Below, one piece after another: positions 1-10,764 of a stretch of DNA of 36,193 nucleotides; within the stretch, counting starts at the first letter, position 1, and every line of letters starts with the position of its first letter. Where the stretch lies: assembly GCF_001194135.2 (NCBI RefSeq), contig NC_068996.1, forward strand, positions 50,996,193 through 51,032,385. The letters run 5' to 3'. The position numbers were made by a program, and so were the translations under genes. Under the pieces are notes generated by a model. That model was not told where the DNA came from. It did not search any database and saw nothing but the letters and a program-made list of their open reading frames with translations. Origin of the DNA: Octopus bimaculoides. Its lineage: Eukaryota.

Positions 1-304
1 GTCCTAGCTCCTGCTAAAAGGGATTACCCTGCTATGTATAATCAGAGCAGTGCAAAAAGTTGTTTTGCACAAGCATTTCTATAGCCAATTACACGGATGA
101 AATTTACGTATGCTTAATAATTTTACGCAAAACAGCCTTCAGACTTTCCCTATTAATTTCATCGTCTTTTGAATTATGAACATATTTACATCATAAGGGT
201 TTTTTCGTTGTAAGGCTTTCTTTTTTAGTTGATTTTCAGCTAGCAAGACTTATCGTAGATGGCATAATAAGTCACACCCGGACAAGGTCGGGTTATACTG
301 CTAG
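1..304 (+). mobile_element. 3' end of a non-autonomous Helitron
   Basis: GC hairpin acccggac-aag-gtcgggt (276-293) followed a few nt later by terminal CTAG (301-304) and a T. The 5' end lies outside the window. Confidence 0.65.
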
Positions 305-1044
305 TATATATATATATATATAAAACAGTGGAAATGGACACAAGCAAAGGATCTACACTGAGTATGAAGGAACTATGAACTAAATCCCACAGATTGGGTT
401 TGCATCCTCTCTCAGGGAAGTTAATGAAAGATAAGATCAGATTAGGTAGGACTGATGTTCATTTGCATACACATTATTATTTTATTGGGTACTTTTTCAT
501 GCTTGCATAGGTCAGACAAAATCTCTTGAGGCAGATTTTCTATGGCTTGATGCCCTTCCTGTGGCCAGCCCTCATTAAATTATATTAAATTATAGTGTTA
601 ATTGGTTTGTTCCATTGCTATAAATTACCATAGTTAAAAAAAAAAATTTTTGGCCAACACTGCATGTTATTATGAATATACATATGTCTACTTACAATGT
701 TTGTGGAAAAAAAAAAAACTCTATATGCTTCATATTTCAAACTGTCTGGCAGCTGTGTACATTCTTGAGCCATCGACAAACACACTAGTTATAAATCTAC
801 TGGTATTAGCAACTAAAGTGAACTGTATGGACAAATTTGCATATTGAATATTATCTTGGTAGCTATTTCCAATGTAAGTAGTGTATATCTGCATAGATTA
901 GGAAGGTACACAGCTGCTACTGACACTCCAAAGTTGAAACAGGTGACGTATATGTGTTCCTTCATTTTCTGTCCATGAGCATATTTTGTATATAGATGTA
1001 TTTGTATTTTTTATAACACTGTGATGACTAAAAGAAAAAAAAAA

Positions 1045-1200
1045 GGGCTGTGCAGTAAGAAACTTTCTTCCTGACCACATGATTGCAGGTTCAGTCCCAC
1101 TGCATGGCACCTTGGGCAAATGTCTTGTATTATAACTTCTGGTCGACCAAAGCCTTGTGAGTGGATTTGGTAGTCAGAAACTGAAAGAAGCCTGTCATGT
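1045..1200 (+). mobile_element. tRNA-headed SINE (family A), 5' part
   Basis: ggctgtgcagtaag...gcaggttcagtcccactgcatggcaccttgggcaa...gaccaaagccttgtgagtggatttggtag; degenerate A/B boxes; many similar copies in the window. Confidence 0.8.
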
Positions 1201-1213
1201 ATGTATATATATA

Positions 1214-1815
1214 TTAGCAGCTAAGCTTGGTTTCACCCGGTCGGTTTGGATGATGTGGCTGTAAAACCTGCTCTGAGTAAGCATTCAACTTGTTTAGGCA
1301 TGCTTACGTTAAAAAACAATTTTAGAATGACTTTTTTCTGTCAAAACGCTAAAAATAACTGACCAAAAAAAAAGAAAGAAAAAAAGATTCGACCAAATCA
1401 AAAAATAAACCCAAATACTAAGCGAACAAAGATGAACCGTCCCACTTCCATTGTGCGTATACACGCGCACACACACATTCACATACCCCCCTTTTACATA
1501 CACACATATTCACAGAGTTGAAATGCTGTTTGATTTACTTTTACGGCGTACAATTTTCATCATCCCACTACCAAGTATGACATCACCCCTTCCTTCCTTA
1601 TTCATCTATCACCCCCTTCCTTTCTCATTCATAAACACAAGAGTATTATAGTAGATTATTTCGGTAACCATGGGAGCTATGAAAAATACAAAACCCAGCA
1701 TCACCACCGGATCATTCTACATATCTGTGTAATTTTTAGTGCAATTCCACCCAGCTGTTTGACCGTATATCCCAAGACAAGAAAGAATCACCCATGTCAA
1801 ATTTATATGTATAGA
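1214..1815 (-). mobile_element. Non-autonomous Helitron, apparently complete (about 600 bp)
   Basis: The minus strand begins A|TCTATACATATAAA at 1815 and ends with a degenerate hairpin (gaccgggtgaaacc...) then CTAA|T at 1214. This fits TC...CTRR termini inserted between A and T with no TSD. Confidence 0.65.
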
Positions 1816-1816
1816 T

Positions 1817-2612
1817 ATAATATTTTTATGGAGGCNNNNNNNNNNNNNNNNNNNNNNNNNNNNNNNNNNNNNNNNNNNNNNNNNNNNNNNNNNNNNNNNN
1901 NNNNNNNNNGCAATACCTGCTTGTACACATAGGATCCACTCCACGTTCTTAATTTTTTTTTTTTAAATAAAAATAAATATAACAATAAGCATAGTAAAAG
2001 GTCTTAATCTGTACTAAATAAATATATTAACATTTAATTTAGTAATTACTTAATAATCCTATATAAAAATTTTGTGAATATGATGTGTGTATTACTAAAT
2101 ACGGTCCCTGCGATCCTAAGTAAGATTTGATCTTGGACATCTAATTTCAAAATAACATGGGAATAAAAATTAACATGTAACAAAATATTAGTCCTGGTAG
2201 ACCTCTTAACACATGCTTTTTAGCATAATTTTCTGGTCCTATCCATTAATATGTAAATTAGATACTATTAGTATCTAATAGTATAAGTTTTTTAGGATAA
2301 TATCTCACAATGCTGCTGAAGGTTGACCGGTCCTGGTATGTAGATGTGTATGTCTCTTTACTACTTAATCTTCTCAAGAAAAATTTGTAATTTCATCATA
2401 CTAAAGTATTATAGTTTTAATGTACTTACACAAGAATTTTTTCTTAAATTCAATCGATGTTTTATGTATGACATCGACATTTGTCTATTTATGTATTCTG
2501 AAATTTTTATTTCCATTTTATGAAGAATATATAATATTTATATAAGTTTCAAATGTGTATTTTAATTGTATTCTTTTAGACTCCGCATGTGTTGCCTCCA
2601 TAAAAATATTAT
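1817..2612. mobile_element. Putative non-autonomous DNA transposon with terminal inverted repeats
   Basis: ataatatttttatggaggc (1817-1835, runs into an N gap) is the exact reverse complement of gcctccataaaaatattat (2594-2612). The interior is AT-rich, with no intact ORF and no clear TSD. Confidence 0.45.
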
Positions 2613-2736
2613 TTTGAATATAGCTCACAACGATCACTACGTCTTCCTATCTGTATTTTAATGGGAGTTATTGTTGACATTAACAAGCTCTAAGTAAACT
2701 ATATATTTTATTAAATTAATATTTCTATGATTTATG

Positions 2737-4424
2737 TAATCATCATCATCATCGTTTAACGTCCGCTTTCCATGCTAGCATGGGTTGGATGATTTGACTG
2801 AGGACTGGTGAAACCGGATGGCAACACCAGGCTCCAGTCTAATTTGGCAGAGTTTCTACAGCTGGATGCCCTTCCTAACGCCAACCACTCAGAGTGTAGT
2901 GGGTGCTTTTACGTGTCACCCGCATGAAAACGGCCACGCTCGAAATGGTGTCTTTTATGTGCCACCCGCACAAGCCAGTCCAGGGGCACTGGCAATGATC
3001 TCGCTTGAAAATCCTACGGGAGCCAGTCAGGCGGTACTGGCAACGGCCACGCTCAAAATGGTGCATCTCATGTGCCACCCGCACANNNNNNNNNNNNNNN
3101 NNNNNNNNNNNNNNNNNNNNNNNNNNNNNNNNNNNNNNNNNNNNNNNNNNNNNNNNNNNNNNNNNNNNNNNNNNNNNNNNNNNNNNNNNNNNNNNNNNNN
3201 NNNNNNNNNNNNNNNNNNNNNNNNNNNNNNNNNNNNNNNNNNNNNNNNNNNNNNNNNNNNNNNNNNNNNNNNNNNNNNNNNNNNNNNNNNNNNNNNNNNN
3301 NNNNNNNNNNNNNNNNNNNNNNNNNNNNNNNNNNNNNNNNNNNNNNNNNNNNNNNNNNNNNNNNNNNNNNNNNNNNNNNNNNNNNNNNNNNNNNNNNNNN
3401 NNNNNNNNNNNNNNNNNNNNNNNNNNNNNNNNNNNNNNNNNNNNNNNNNNNNNNNNNNNNNNNNNNNNNNNNNNNNNNNNNNNNNNNNNNNNNNNNNNNN
3501 NNNNNNNNNNNNNNNNNNNNNNNNNNNNNNNNNNNNNNNNNNNNNNNNNNNNNNNNNNNNNNNNNNNNNNNNNNNNNNNNNNNNNNNNNNNNNNNNNNNN
3601 NNNNNNNNNNNNNNNNNNNNNNNNNNNNNNNNNNNNNNNNNNNNNNNNNNNNNNNNNNNNNNNNNNNNNNNNNNNNNNNNNNNNNNNNNNNNNNNNNNNN
3701 NNNNNNNNNNNNNNNNNNNNNNNNNNNNNNNNNNNNNNNNNNNNNNNNNNNNNNNNNNNNNNNNNNNNNNNNNNNNNNNNNNNNNNNNNNNNNNNNNNNN
3801 NNNNNNNNNNNNNNNNNNNNNNNNNNNNNNNNNNNNNNNNNNNNNNNNNNNNNNNNNNNNNNNNNNNNNNNNNNNNNNNNNNNNNNNNNNNNNNNNNNNN
3901 NNNNNNNNNNNNNNNNNNNNNNNNNNNNNNNNNNNNNNNNNNNNNNNNNNNNNNNNNNNNNNNNNNNNNNNNNNNNNNNNNNNNNNNNNNNNNNNNNNNN
4001 NNNNNNNNNNNNNNNNNNNNNNNNNNNNNNNNNNNNNNNNNNNNNNNNNNNNNNNNNNNAAACTTTGCCCAGGCTATTCTTATTCTAGCAGTTACACTTT
4101 CAGCGCACCCACCCCCCACTACTAACTTGGTCGCCCAGATAGCGGAAGCTATCGACTACCTCTAGTTTTTCACCCTGGAATGAGATAGAAGTTGTTTCCT
4201 GTTTGTTTACAGTCTTTATTGCACCTGAACATCTGCCACAAACAAAAACTAACTTGCTAGTTAACCTGCCTTTGATGTTGCTGCACCTCTTATGTGTCCA
4301 TAGCTTGCACCGGGTACATCTTATAGAGTTACTACCTACTCCTTTTCTACATACTGAGCAGGGCCATCTACCTGAAGGGGTTTGTGTTTTATCTACCTTC
4401 CTACTTATTAGGATTTTGGTTTTA
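2737..4424 (-). mobile_element. 5'-truncated RTE-clade LINE (RT fragment with PHD-type finger, gap, 3' UTR, (TGA)n tail)
   Basis: The minus strand reads KTKILISRKVDKTQTPSGRWPCSVCRKGVGSNSIRCTRCKLWTHKRCSNIKGRLTSKLVFVCGRCSGAIK...GEKLEVVDSFRYLGDQVSS, then a +1 frameshift, then GGCAESVTARIRIAWAKF. FRYLG and RI..AW..F are typical RTE RT motifs. The 3' end has (cat)n on the + strand at about 2737-2753. N gap 3086-4059. Confidence 0.9.
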
Positions 4425-4526
4425 AATCTTAGTTATATTAAGATGGTATATGCCTCACAGCATGGATTTGGACAAGTTCTGAGTTGTAGAGTGGTGGTTC
4501 GTCTCTAAATTAGTTATATACATATA

Positions 4527-4868
4527 TCTATACTATATATAAAACAGAGATGTGTGTGTAATCGCTTTTCACGTGANNNNNNNNNNCTATACTATATATA
4601 AAACAGAGATGTGTGTGTAATCGCTTTTCACGTGAAATCGACTTCAACAAATGCTTCCATACTTGTAATGCATGAATAATTTGACCTTGGATAGATCTTA
4701 GGCTCTTCATTTGATTTTTTTAATTAAAAATAAATAATATTGCTTTATATTTAAGATTCACTTCTTTAAAAAGGTTCCTCAATGTCAACTTCCGGTATTG
4801 ACGTAACAACCGCAAAAAGCTTCACCCTCTATTTTGTGTGTTCGTGTGTATGAGAGAGAGAGAGAGAG
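4527..4868 (+). mobile_element. 5' end of a non-autonomous Helitron-like element
   Basis: A|TCTATACTATATATAAAAC start at 4527, resembling the 5' end of the 1214-1815 element. It runs into (AG)n and the N gap at 4869-5560, so the 3' end is not visible. Confidence 0.5.
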
Positions 4869-5597
4869 NNNNNNNNNNNNNNNNNNNNNNNNNNNNNNNN
4901 NNNNNNNNNNNNNNNNNNNNNNNNNNNNNNNNNNNNNNNNNNNNNNNNNNNNNNNNNNNNNNNNNNNNNNNNNNNNNNNNNNNNNNNNNNNNNNNNNNNN
5001 NNNNNNNNNNNNNNNNNNNNNNNNNNNNNNNNNNNNNNNNNNNNNNNNNNNNNNNNNNNNNNNNNNNNNNNNNNNNNNNNNNNNNNNNNNNNNNNNNNNN
5101 NNNNNNNNNNNNNNNNNNNNNNNNNNNNNNNNNNNNNNNNNNNNNNNNNNNNNNNNNNNNNNNNNNNNNNNNNNNNNNNNNNNNNNNNNNNNNNNNNNNN
5201 NNNNNNNNNNNNNNNNNNNNNNNNNNNNNNNNNNNNNNNNNNNNNNNNNNNNNNNNNNNNNNNNNNNNNNNNNNNNNNNNNNNNNNNNNNNNNNNNNNNN
5301 NNNNNNNNNNNNNNNNNNNNNNNNNNNNNNNNNNNNNNNNNNNNNNNNNNNNNNNNNNNNNNNNNNNNNNNNNNNNNNNNNNNNNNNNNNNNNNNNNNNN
5401 NNNNNNNNNNNNNNNNNNNNNNNNNNNNNNNNNNNNNNNNNNNNNNNNNNNNNNNNNNNNNNNNNNNNNNNNNNNNNNNNNNNNNNNNNNNNNNNNNNNN
5501 NNNNNNNNNNNNNNNNNNNNNNNNNNNNNNNNNNNNNNNNNNNNNNNNNNNNNNNNNNNNNATATATATATATATATATATATAATGTGTGTGTGTT

Positions 5598-5797
5598 TGC
5601 CTATTTGCTGCCCACCACTGCTTGATAACTGTTGGTGTGTTTATACCTCTGTAACTTAGTGGTTTGGTAAAAGGATTAATAGAATACATACCAGGCTTAA
5701 AAAAAAAAAAGTACTGGTGTTTTTTCATTTGACTAAAAATTCAAGGTGGTGCCCCAGCATTGGCCGCTCTCCAGTGACTAAACAATTGAAAGAAAAG
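5598..5797 (+). mobile_element. SINE family A, 3' part
   Basis: ccaccactgcttgataactg...ggtggtgccccagcattggccgc...tgactaaacaattgaaagaaaag matches the 3' halves of other copies (6940-7170, 17545-17645). Confidence 0.7.
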
Positions 5798-5879
5798 TAC
5801 ATAATACACACACACACACATGCAGATATATTTGTGTGTATTATATTTTGGTTACTCCACGTTATCCCCTACGGAGCAT

Positions 5880-6076
5880 AGGGCTGGTTTCCTAGTTTCT
5901 CTGGACAGGAGGTCAGTCCATCGCAGGATTAACTCCTTTTTGGCAGCTGAGTGGACTGGAGCAATGTGAAATGAAGTGTTTTGCTCAAGAACACAATACC
6001 TCGCCCAATCCAAGAATTGCAACCACAATCTTACGATCATAAGTCCAATACCCTAACCACTGGGTCACATGCCTCC
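5880..6076 (-). mobile_element. tRNA-headed SINE (family C)
   Basis: The minus strand starts ggaggcatgtgacccagtggttagggtattggac, similar to the head of the 12727-13037 copy. Confidence 0.7.
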
Positions 6077-6110
6077 GTATATGTCATGGGTAATTTCCAC
6101 ATATTTTACT

Positions 6111-6365
6111 TTCGGTAATCTTCAAGTTTAGGGGGATAAAAAAAAAATAAATAAAAATATTCAAGGGAAATAACTGAACGACTTACCAGTGTTATCCGTT
6201 TTCTTCTAGCTGTTTATAAATAAATCACACCCTAACGTCAATCAAATCACGTGTGTGATTTATTTATAAACAGAGATGTACGGAGAATACTGGTAAGACG
6301 TTCAGTTACTTTGCTTGAATATTTTTATTTATTTTTTTATCCCCTTAAACTTGAGGATTACCGAA
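6111..6365. mobile_element. Foldback MITE, near-perfect 255-bp palindrome
   Basis: ttcggtaatcttcaagtttagggggataaaa...aaataaatcacac pairs with gtgtgatttattt...atccccttaaacttgaggattaccgaa. Each arm is about 110 bp around a short spacer. Confidence 0.8.
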
Positions 6366-6724
6366 TAGTCCAAGGGCTCCTGATCGTCATCAATTGAATC
6401 CAAGCAAGCTAGCAATGTTTTGATATAACAAAATCTATAATGTTCACAAAAGAGTATACCAATCTTCCTTGAGTACTTAGATCTACCATCAAAGGCAATG
6501 GTGACTCATATTTTTTTGTTTCACCCATTGTGCATCAAGGACATTATTACACATTGCTTTCTTTTATAAGACAATAATGTGTAGTTTTAGAGATATCTGG
6601 CTGCTTTTCCTCGGAGATCAAAGGTCTATATAAAGGCTTCATCTCAAAGCTTATATACCATAGTGAAGGAGTTTTAACTTTATTCAGATAATTTTTTTTT
6701 CTTGAGGGGAGGGAGAGGAAAAAT

Positions 6725-6995
6725 GTGGGCATGGCTCTGTGCTTTAGAAGTTAATTTCACAATCAAATGGTTTGGGGTTCAGGCCCACTGCACAGTTCCT
6801 TGGGTACATGTCTTGTGTCTTGCACTGTAATTCCAGTCGAGTCCATGCTTTGTGAGTGTATTTACCAGATGGAAACTGTACAGAAGCTCGTCATATGTGC
6901 GTGCGCATGTCTTTGTGTCTCACCGTTTGAGGGAGATGGAAAAAATCCCCGTTTGATAACTTGTATTGGTTTGTTTATGTCTACGTAACAAGTAG

Positions 6996-7047
<52 letters not shown>

Positions 7048-7170
7048 TAGACTTACAATAAGCACCAGACAAGATACGTTACTAGGGCCTGTAAGACTGT
7101 AAGATAGATAAAACCTGTCAAGAGACTGCTCGTGCATGGCCGCATTCCAATGACTGAAACAAATAAAAGA
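6725..7170 (+). mobile_element. SINE family A interrupted by an (AG)n tract
   Basis: ggctctgtgctttagaag...ggggttcaggcccactgcacagttccttgggtacatgtc...; 3' tail gcatggccgcattccaatgactgaaacaaataaaaga; (AG)n at about 6999-7040. Confidence 0.7.
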
Positions 7171-7633
7171 GTAACAGCGTTGTATATACAAATCGGTTTG
7201 AACTTGTTTGAGAGACTAAGATGGAGGAGGAGGAGGTAAACGAAACATGTGAAACGGTCGATGGTCAAACGAAGGAAATATGCAGACATTTTGAAACAAT
7301 AACAATCGTAGAGCAAGCTTTGCCCCCTCCTCCCTTTTTTCTTTCATCTTTGTTTTTCAAGAAAATAATGAAGATATTCATGGTTTATAAACAAAAATGA
7401 ATTTGATAATTCATTTACGTATGCACGCACGCATGCGCACAAATCCACACGTACACATGCATTTTCACACGCGAGCACGTGTGGAGAGGACAAGTCAACG
7501 TGCGTGCGTGCGTGTGTGTAAATGCTGAAAAAGCATGTCTATGTATTTAAATGTTGCGGACGTGTGCACTTCTGTGTGTGTGTTTGAATGCTGAAAATGT
7601 ATGTGTGTGTTTAAATGTTGGGAATGGGCATGC

Positions 7634-7635
<2 letters not shown>

Positions 7636-7680
<45 letters not shown>
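7636..7680. repeat. (GT)n microsatellite
   Basis: Directly visible pure tgtg run. Confidence 0.95.
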
Positions 7681-7683
<3 letters not shown>

Positions 7684-8269
7684 AAGGCAAGAATGTGTGC
7701 GTGTGGATATGTCTGTAGGAACGCTCGCGAATTTAAAAAATATAAGTGGGAGGGAAAAAAAAGAAGAAATTCGTGAAAAAGAAAGGCAAAAACAATAAAA
7801 AGAACTGTTGATTCCTTTTTGGGAAAACGGTGTTTTTTGGTGGGTTAAACCGTGACCTTCGGTAGCTTGCTTTTGTTTCGAGAATTTCATATTAGGAAAA
7901 GAAAATAGTGTGTGGTTTGTCACCACATCGTTGACCTGAGAACAAAGTAATATATATATATATATCTGCCTCAGAAAAAAAAAAGAAAGTGAACAGAATA
8001 ATTTAAAAAAATATTTATATATCATCGATGATTTAGTATAAAATAATTTCAGAGTATCTTGTAATATATTGATATATCTCATTCATAATATATATTTGCT
8101 CCTTTTCATATTGATTAATTTTGAAATGTTATCTGTCTCGAAAAGGAGTTTTGGTAAGTTCTGTGTTTAATCTTTTTTCTTTTACAATTTGAAATATAGA
8201 ACTTTCTTCGTTGTTCTTGGGTATCTAGTTTTGCTTTTCTGTGTTTTTTCTTTTTCTTTCTGTTTTCCG

Positions 8270-8430
8270 GGGCATAGCTATGTAGTTTGAGAAGCTTCTT
8301 GCCAATCATGTGCTCTTGGGTTCAGACCCACTGCATGACACCTTGGGTCAAGTGTTTTCTACTATAACACTCAGGTCGACCAAAGCCTTATGAGTGGATT
8401 TGGTTGACAAACTGAAACAATCCGTCGTGT
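8270..8430 (+). mobile_element. SINE family A, 5' part
   Basis: ggcatagctatgtagtttgagaagc...gggttcagacccactgcatgacaccttgggtcaagtg...gaccaaagccttatgagtggatttgg. Confidence 0.75.
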
Positions 8431-9210
8431 ATATTGATATATACACAGTGGAACATACAATCTCTCACACATCTCTTTCTGTTTTCACGAATCGCTTATT
8501 TTTATTTATTTTTTATGCATACATGTATGTTTATTTGTGTAAGTATATGTACGTATGTATAAATACATGTGTGCGTGAATTTTAAAAACATATAAAAGAG
8601 GTTTACGGAAAGCAATCTTTAGTTTCAGTTTTGTGGTACTATCTTCGAAGGATAGCCTATATACCTAGCCTATACATTTATATAATCATTCTTGGGGCAT
8701 GTTCGAACCTGTAAGAACACCATTCACTGTTTTTTTTTTGGGGTGGGGGGTTAAAGAATACCTTATGCCCCAAGCATATTTGATGAACTGGTGACGAATT
8801 TGTATTCATACACATCACTGCTTAGCACTTCAACACCGCACGCGCGCGTTTGTATCGTCAGTATAGTTAATAGTTTAAGTCCCAGTCACGTGGGTGCGGA
8901 GAGGACTTTCGGAAAATTCACAAAATCCGATTTCCCTCTCATAACTTGGCCAATATAAAGTTTAAGACCTGTTAACGAAAACTAAAAAAAAAAACCCTGC
9001 TTACTAGGTGTAAAAAAAAAAAGTGTAGAAAAAGAATATGAAAAAAAAAATTTGCACAAACGAACTTGGTGGGTGGGTGAGATTTTCGGAAAGTTCACAA
9101 GATCCGATTTTTCCCCTCATAACTTTCAGGAAAATGGATATATACATTAATGAAATATTGTAGTAGGCTGTTTTTTTTCTTCTTTGTAATCGTGACTGGG
9201 TCTTAAACTA

Positions 9211-9332
9211 CAGGGTGTCCACAAAGACTGGGTACATGGAGTAAATAAAATCATAACATAAACAATTAAATATAAGAAATAATAATTAAAGTATGTGTTA
9301 ATCCCATGTACCCAGACTTTGTGGACACCCTG
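9211..9332. mobile_element. Tc1/mariner-type MITE (122 bp)
   Basis: TA|CAGGGTGTCCACAAAGACTGGGTACATGG ... CCATGTACCCAGACTTTGTGGACACCCTG|TA: 29-bp TIRs with 1 mismatch and a TA target duplication. Confidence 0.92.
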
Positions 9333-9410
9333 TATATATAAACCGTCAGTAGTTCATATATCCGAAAAACAAACACTCTCTAAAGCATTAGAACAGTAAT
9401 ATATTTTCTT

Positions 9411-9560
9411 TTAGGAAGTTAAAAGTTATGGCCGGTCATAGTGACCATTGGTTTCACACTTCAGCCATGTGAGTCTGACGAGTCGCATATGTTGCTCAGA
9501 GCTATATCGGTGCTAAACCAATGGTCAATTTATGACCGACCATAACTTTTGACCTACTAA
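9411..9560. mobile_element. Short MITE with about 45-bp TIRs
   Basis: ttaggaagttaaaagttatggccggtcatagtgaccattggttt versus aaaccaatggtcaatttatgaccgaccataacttttgacctactaa (reverse complement, a few mismatches). Confidence 0.75.
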
Positions 9561-9934
9561 TGTATGTATGTGTGTGTATTCTAGCATACCCGTGTCACTA
9601 GCAACGCTGACAGTTTTATTAATGATAGAAAATTGCCTATCAACAAACAGAATGGGAAAAACCGTTGGTAAATGTCATCAACCTAGTAAATATATGTGCA
9701 TGCACAAAATTAATTAAAGCACTTGAAGAATCAGATGCGGTTGTTAAGTCTCAGTTGAAAATATTACCCACAATACATGTGTGTATACACATAGGGGAAA
9801 ATAGAACTCAAAATATGAGTATATATTTTTATTAATATTTAGCAGAAGCAACAGAGTTACTCAAGGTCCATGAATTTCGTATGCTAGTACAATGCACGAA
9901 ACTCCTACGTACACAGCATATATATGGAGGTCTT

Positions 9935-10096
9935 GGTACTACTAAAGCATAGTGGTCCCGAACGCACAGTCGCGCGTGGTTGATCCTAACCCTAAACACA
10001 TGTATTCATTTGCGCACGCGCACTTTTTGTAGGATCGACCACTCACGACTAGCTAACGCGCACGCGCGTTCGGGCCCACTCTGCTTTAGTAGTACC
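9935..10096. mobile_element. GG-ended MITE family 1 (Merlin- or MULE-like), copy 1
   Basis: TIR GGTACTACTAAAGCA(T/G)AGTGG; 8-bp TSD gaggtctt (9927-34 and 10097-104); internal ctaaccctaa. Confidence 0.85.
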
Positions 10097-10113
10097 GAGG
10101 TCTTTCTGTTTCC

Positions 10114-10655
10114 GGATCTTTTTTAAAACGGGGGCCACATTTTTCATTAATGTTTTACGTAGTGTTTTTGGTACCGAAAGACTTTCAAACTTCGTATACT
10201 TATCTATTTTGTGTTATAGAACAGAAAAATATTTTTGTATTCGAATTTATTTCATGTAAAAAAATTGTCTTATTTCGATAATTTCAACCAATCACTGACG
10301 TCCATTCAGTCGATATACATTAAGTGCCGACTACATAAACAAACGATTCTTCGTTTTATTTGCTTTTTTCATTTTAAATTTGCTTTAACTCTAACCCTAA
10401 CCCTAAGGTTAGGGTTAATTGTTTCAGAATCGTTTGTTTATGTAGTCGGCACTTAATGTATATCGGCTGAATGGACGTCAGTGATTGGTTGAAATTACAG
10501 AAATACGACAACTTTAACATGGAATAATTTATGGATTTCTTTTTTTTTAAAGAAGACAAAGAGAAAAAGATGTTTTATATGACACATTCTACCAGTGTTC
10601 CAAGTTTCAAAGTGTTTCGTTAATGAAAAATGTGGCCCCCGTTTTAAAAAAGATC
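10114..10655. mobile_element. GG-ended MITE family 2 (Merlin- or MULE-like) with internal foldback
   Basis: TIR GGATCTTTTTTAAAACGGGG(G)CCACATTTTTCATTAA; 8-bp TSD ctgtttcc (10106-13 and 10656-63); internal inverted arms at about 10272-10350 and 10426-10503 around a ctaaccctaaccctaaggttagggtta core. Confidence 0.88.
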
Positions 10656-10764
10656 CCTGTTTCCATCTACCAAATCTACTCATAAAGCTTTGGTTGGCCT
10701 ACGATATAGTAGAGGACATATATGGGTGTGTGTGTATACATATATATATATATATATATATGAA

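Noticed and set aside
4529-4636. Exact 49-bp tandem duplication either side of a 10-N gap
   Set aside because: Typical unmerged contig overlap; treated as an assembly artefact. The same applies at 35790-35870.
2818-5728. Long ORFs of 260-435 aa in the track
   Set aside because: They are artefacts of reading through N runs. The same applies to the ORFs at 13012-13404 and 21725-22507.
7180-7289. Minus-strand signal-peptide-like ORF MSAYFLRLTIDRFTCFVYLLLLHLSLS
   Set aside because: The Leu run comes from a (GAG)n tract, there is no strong splice donor, it runs into a SINE, and no homology was recognised.
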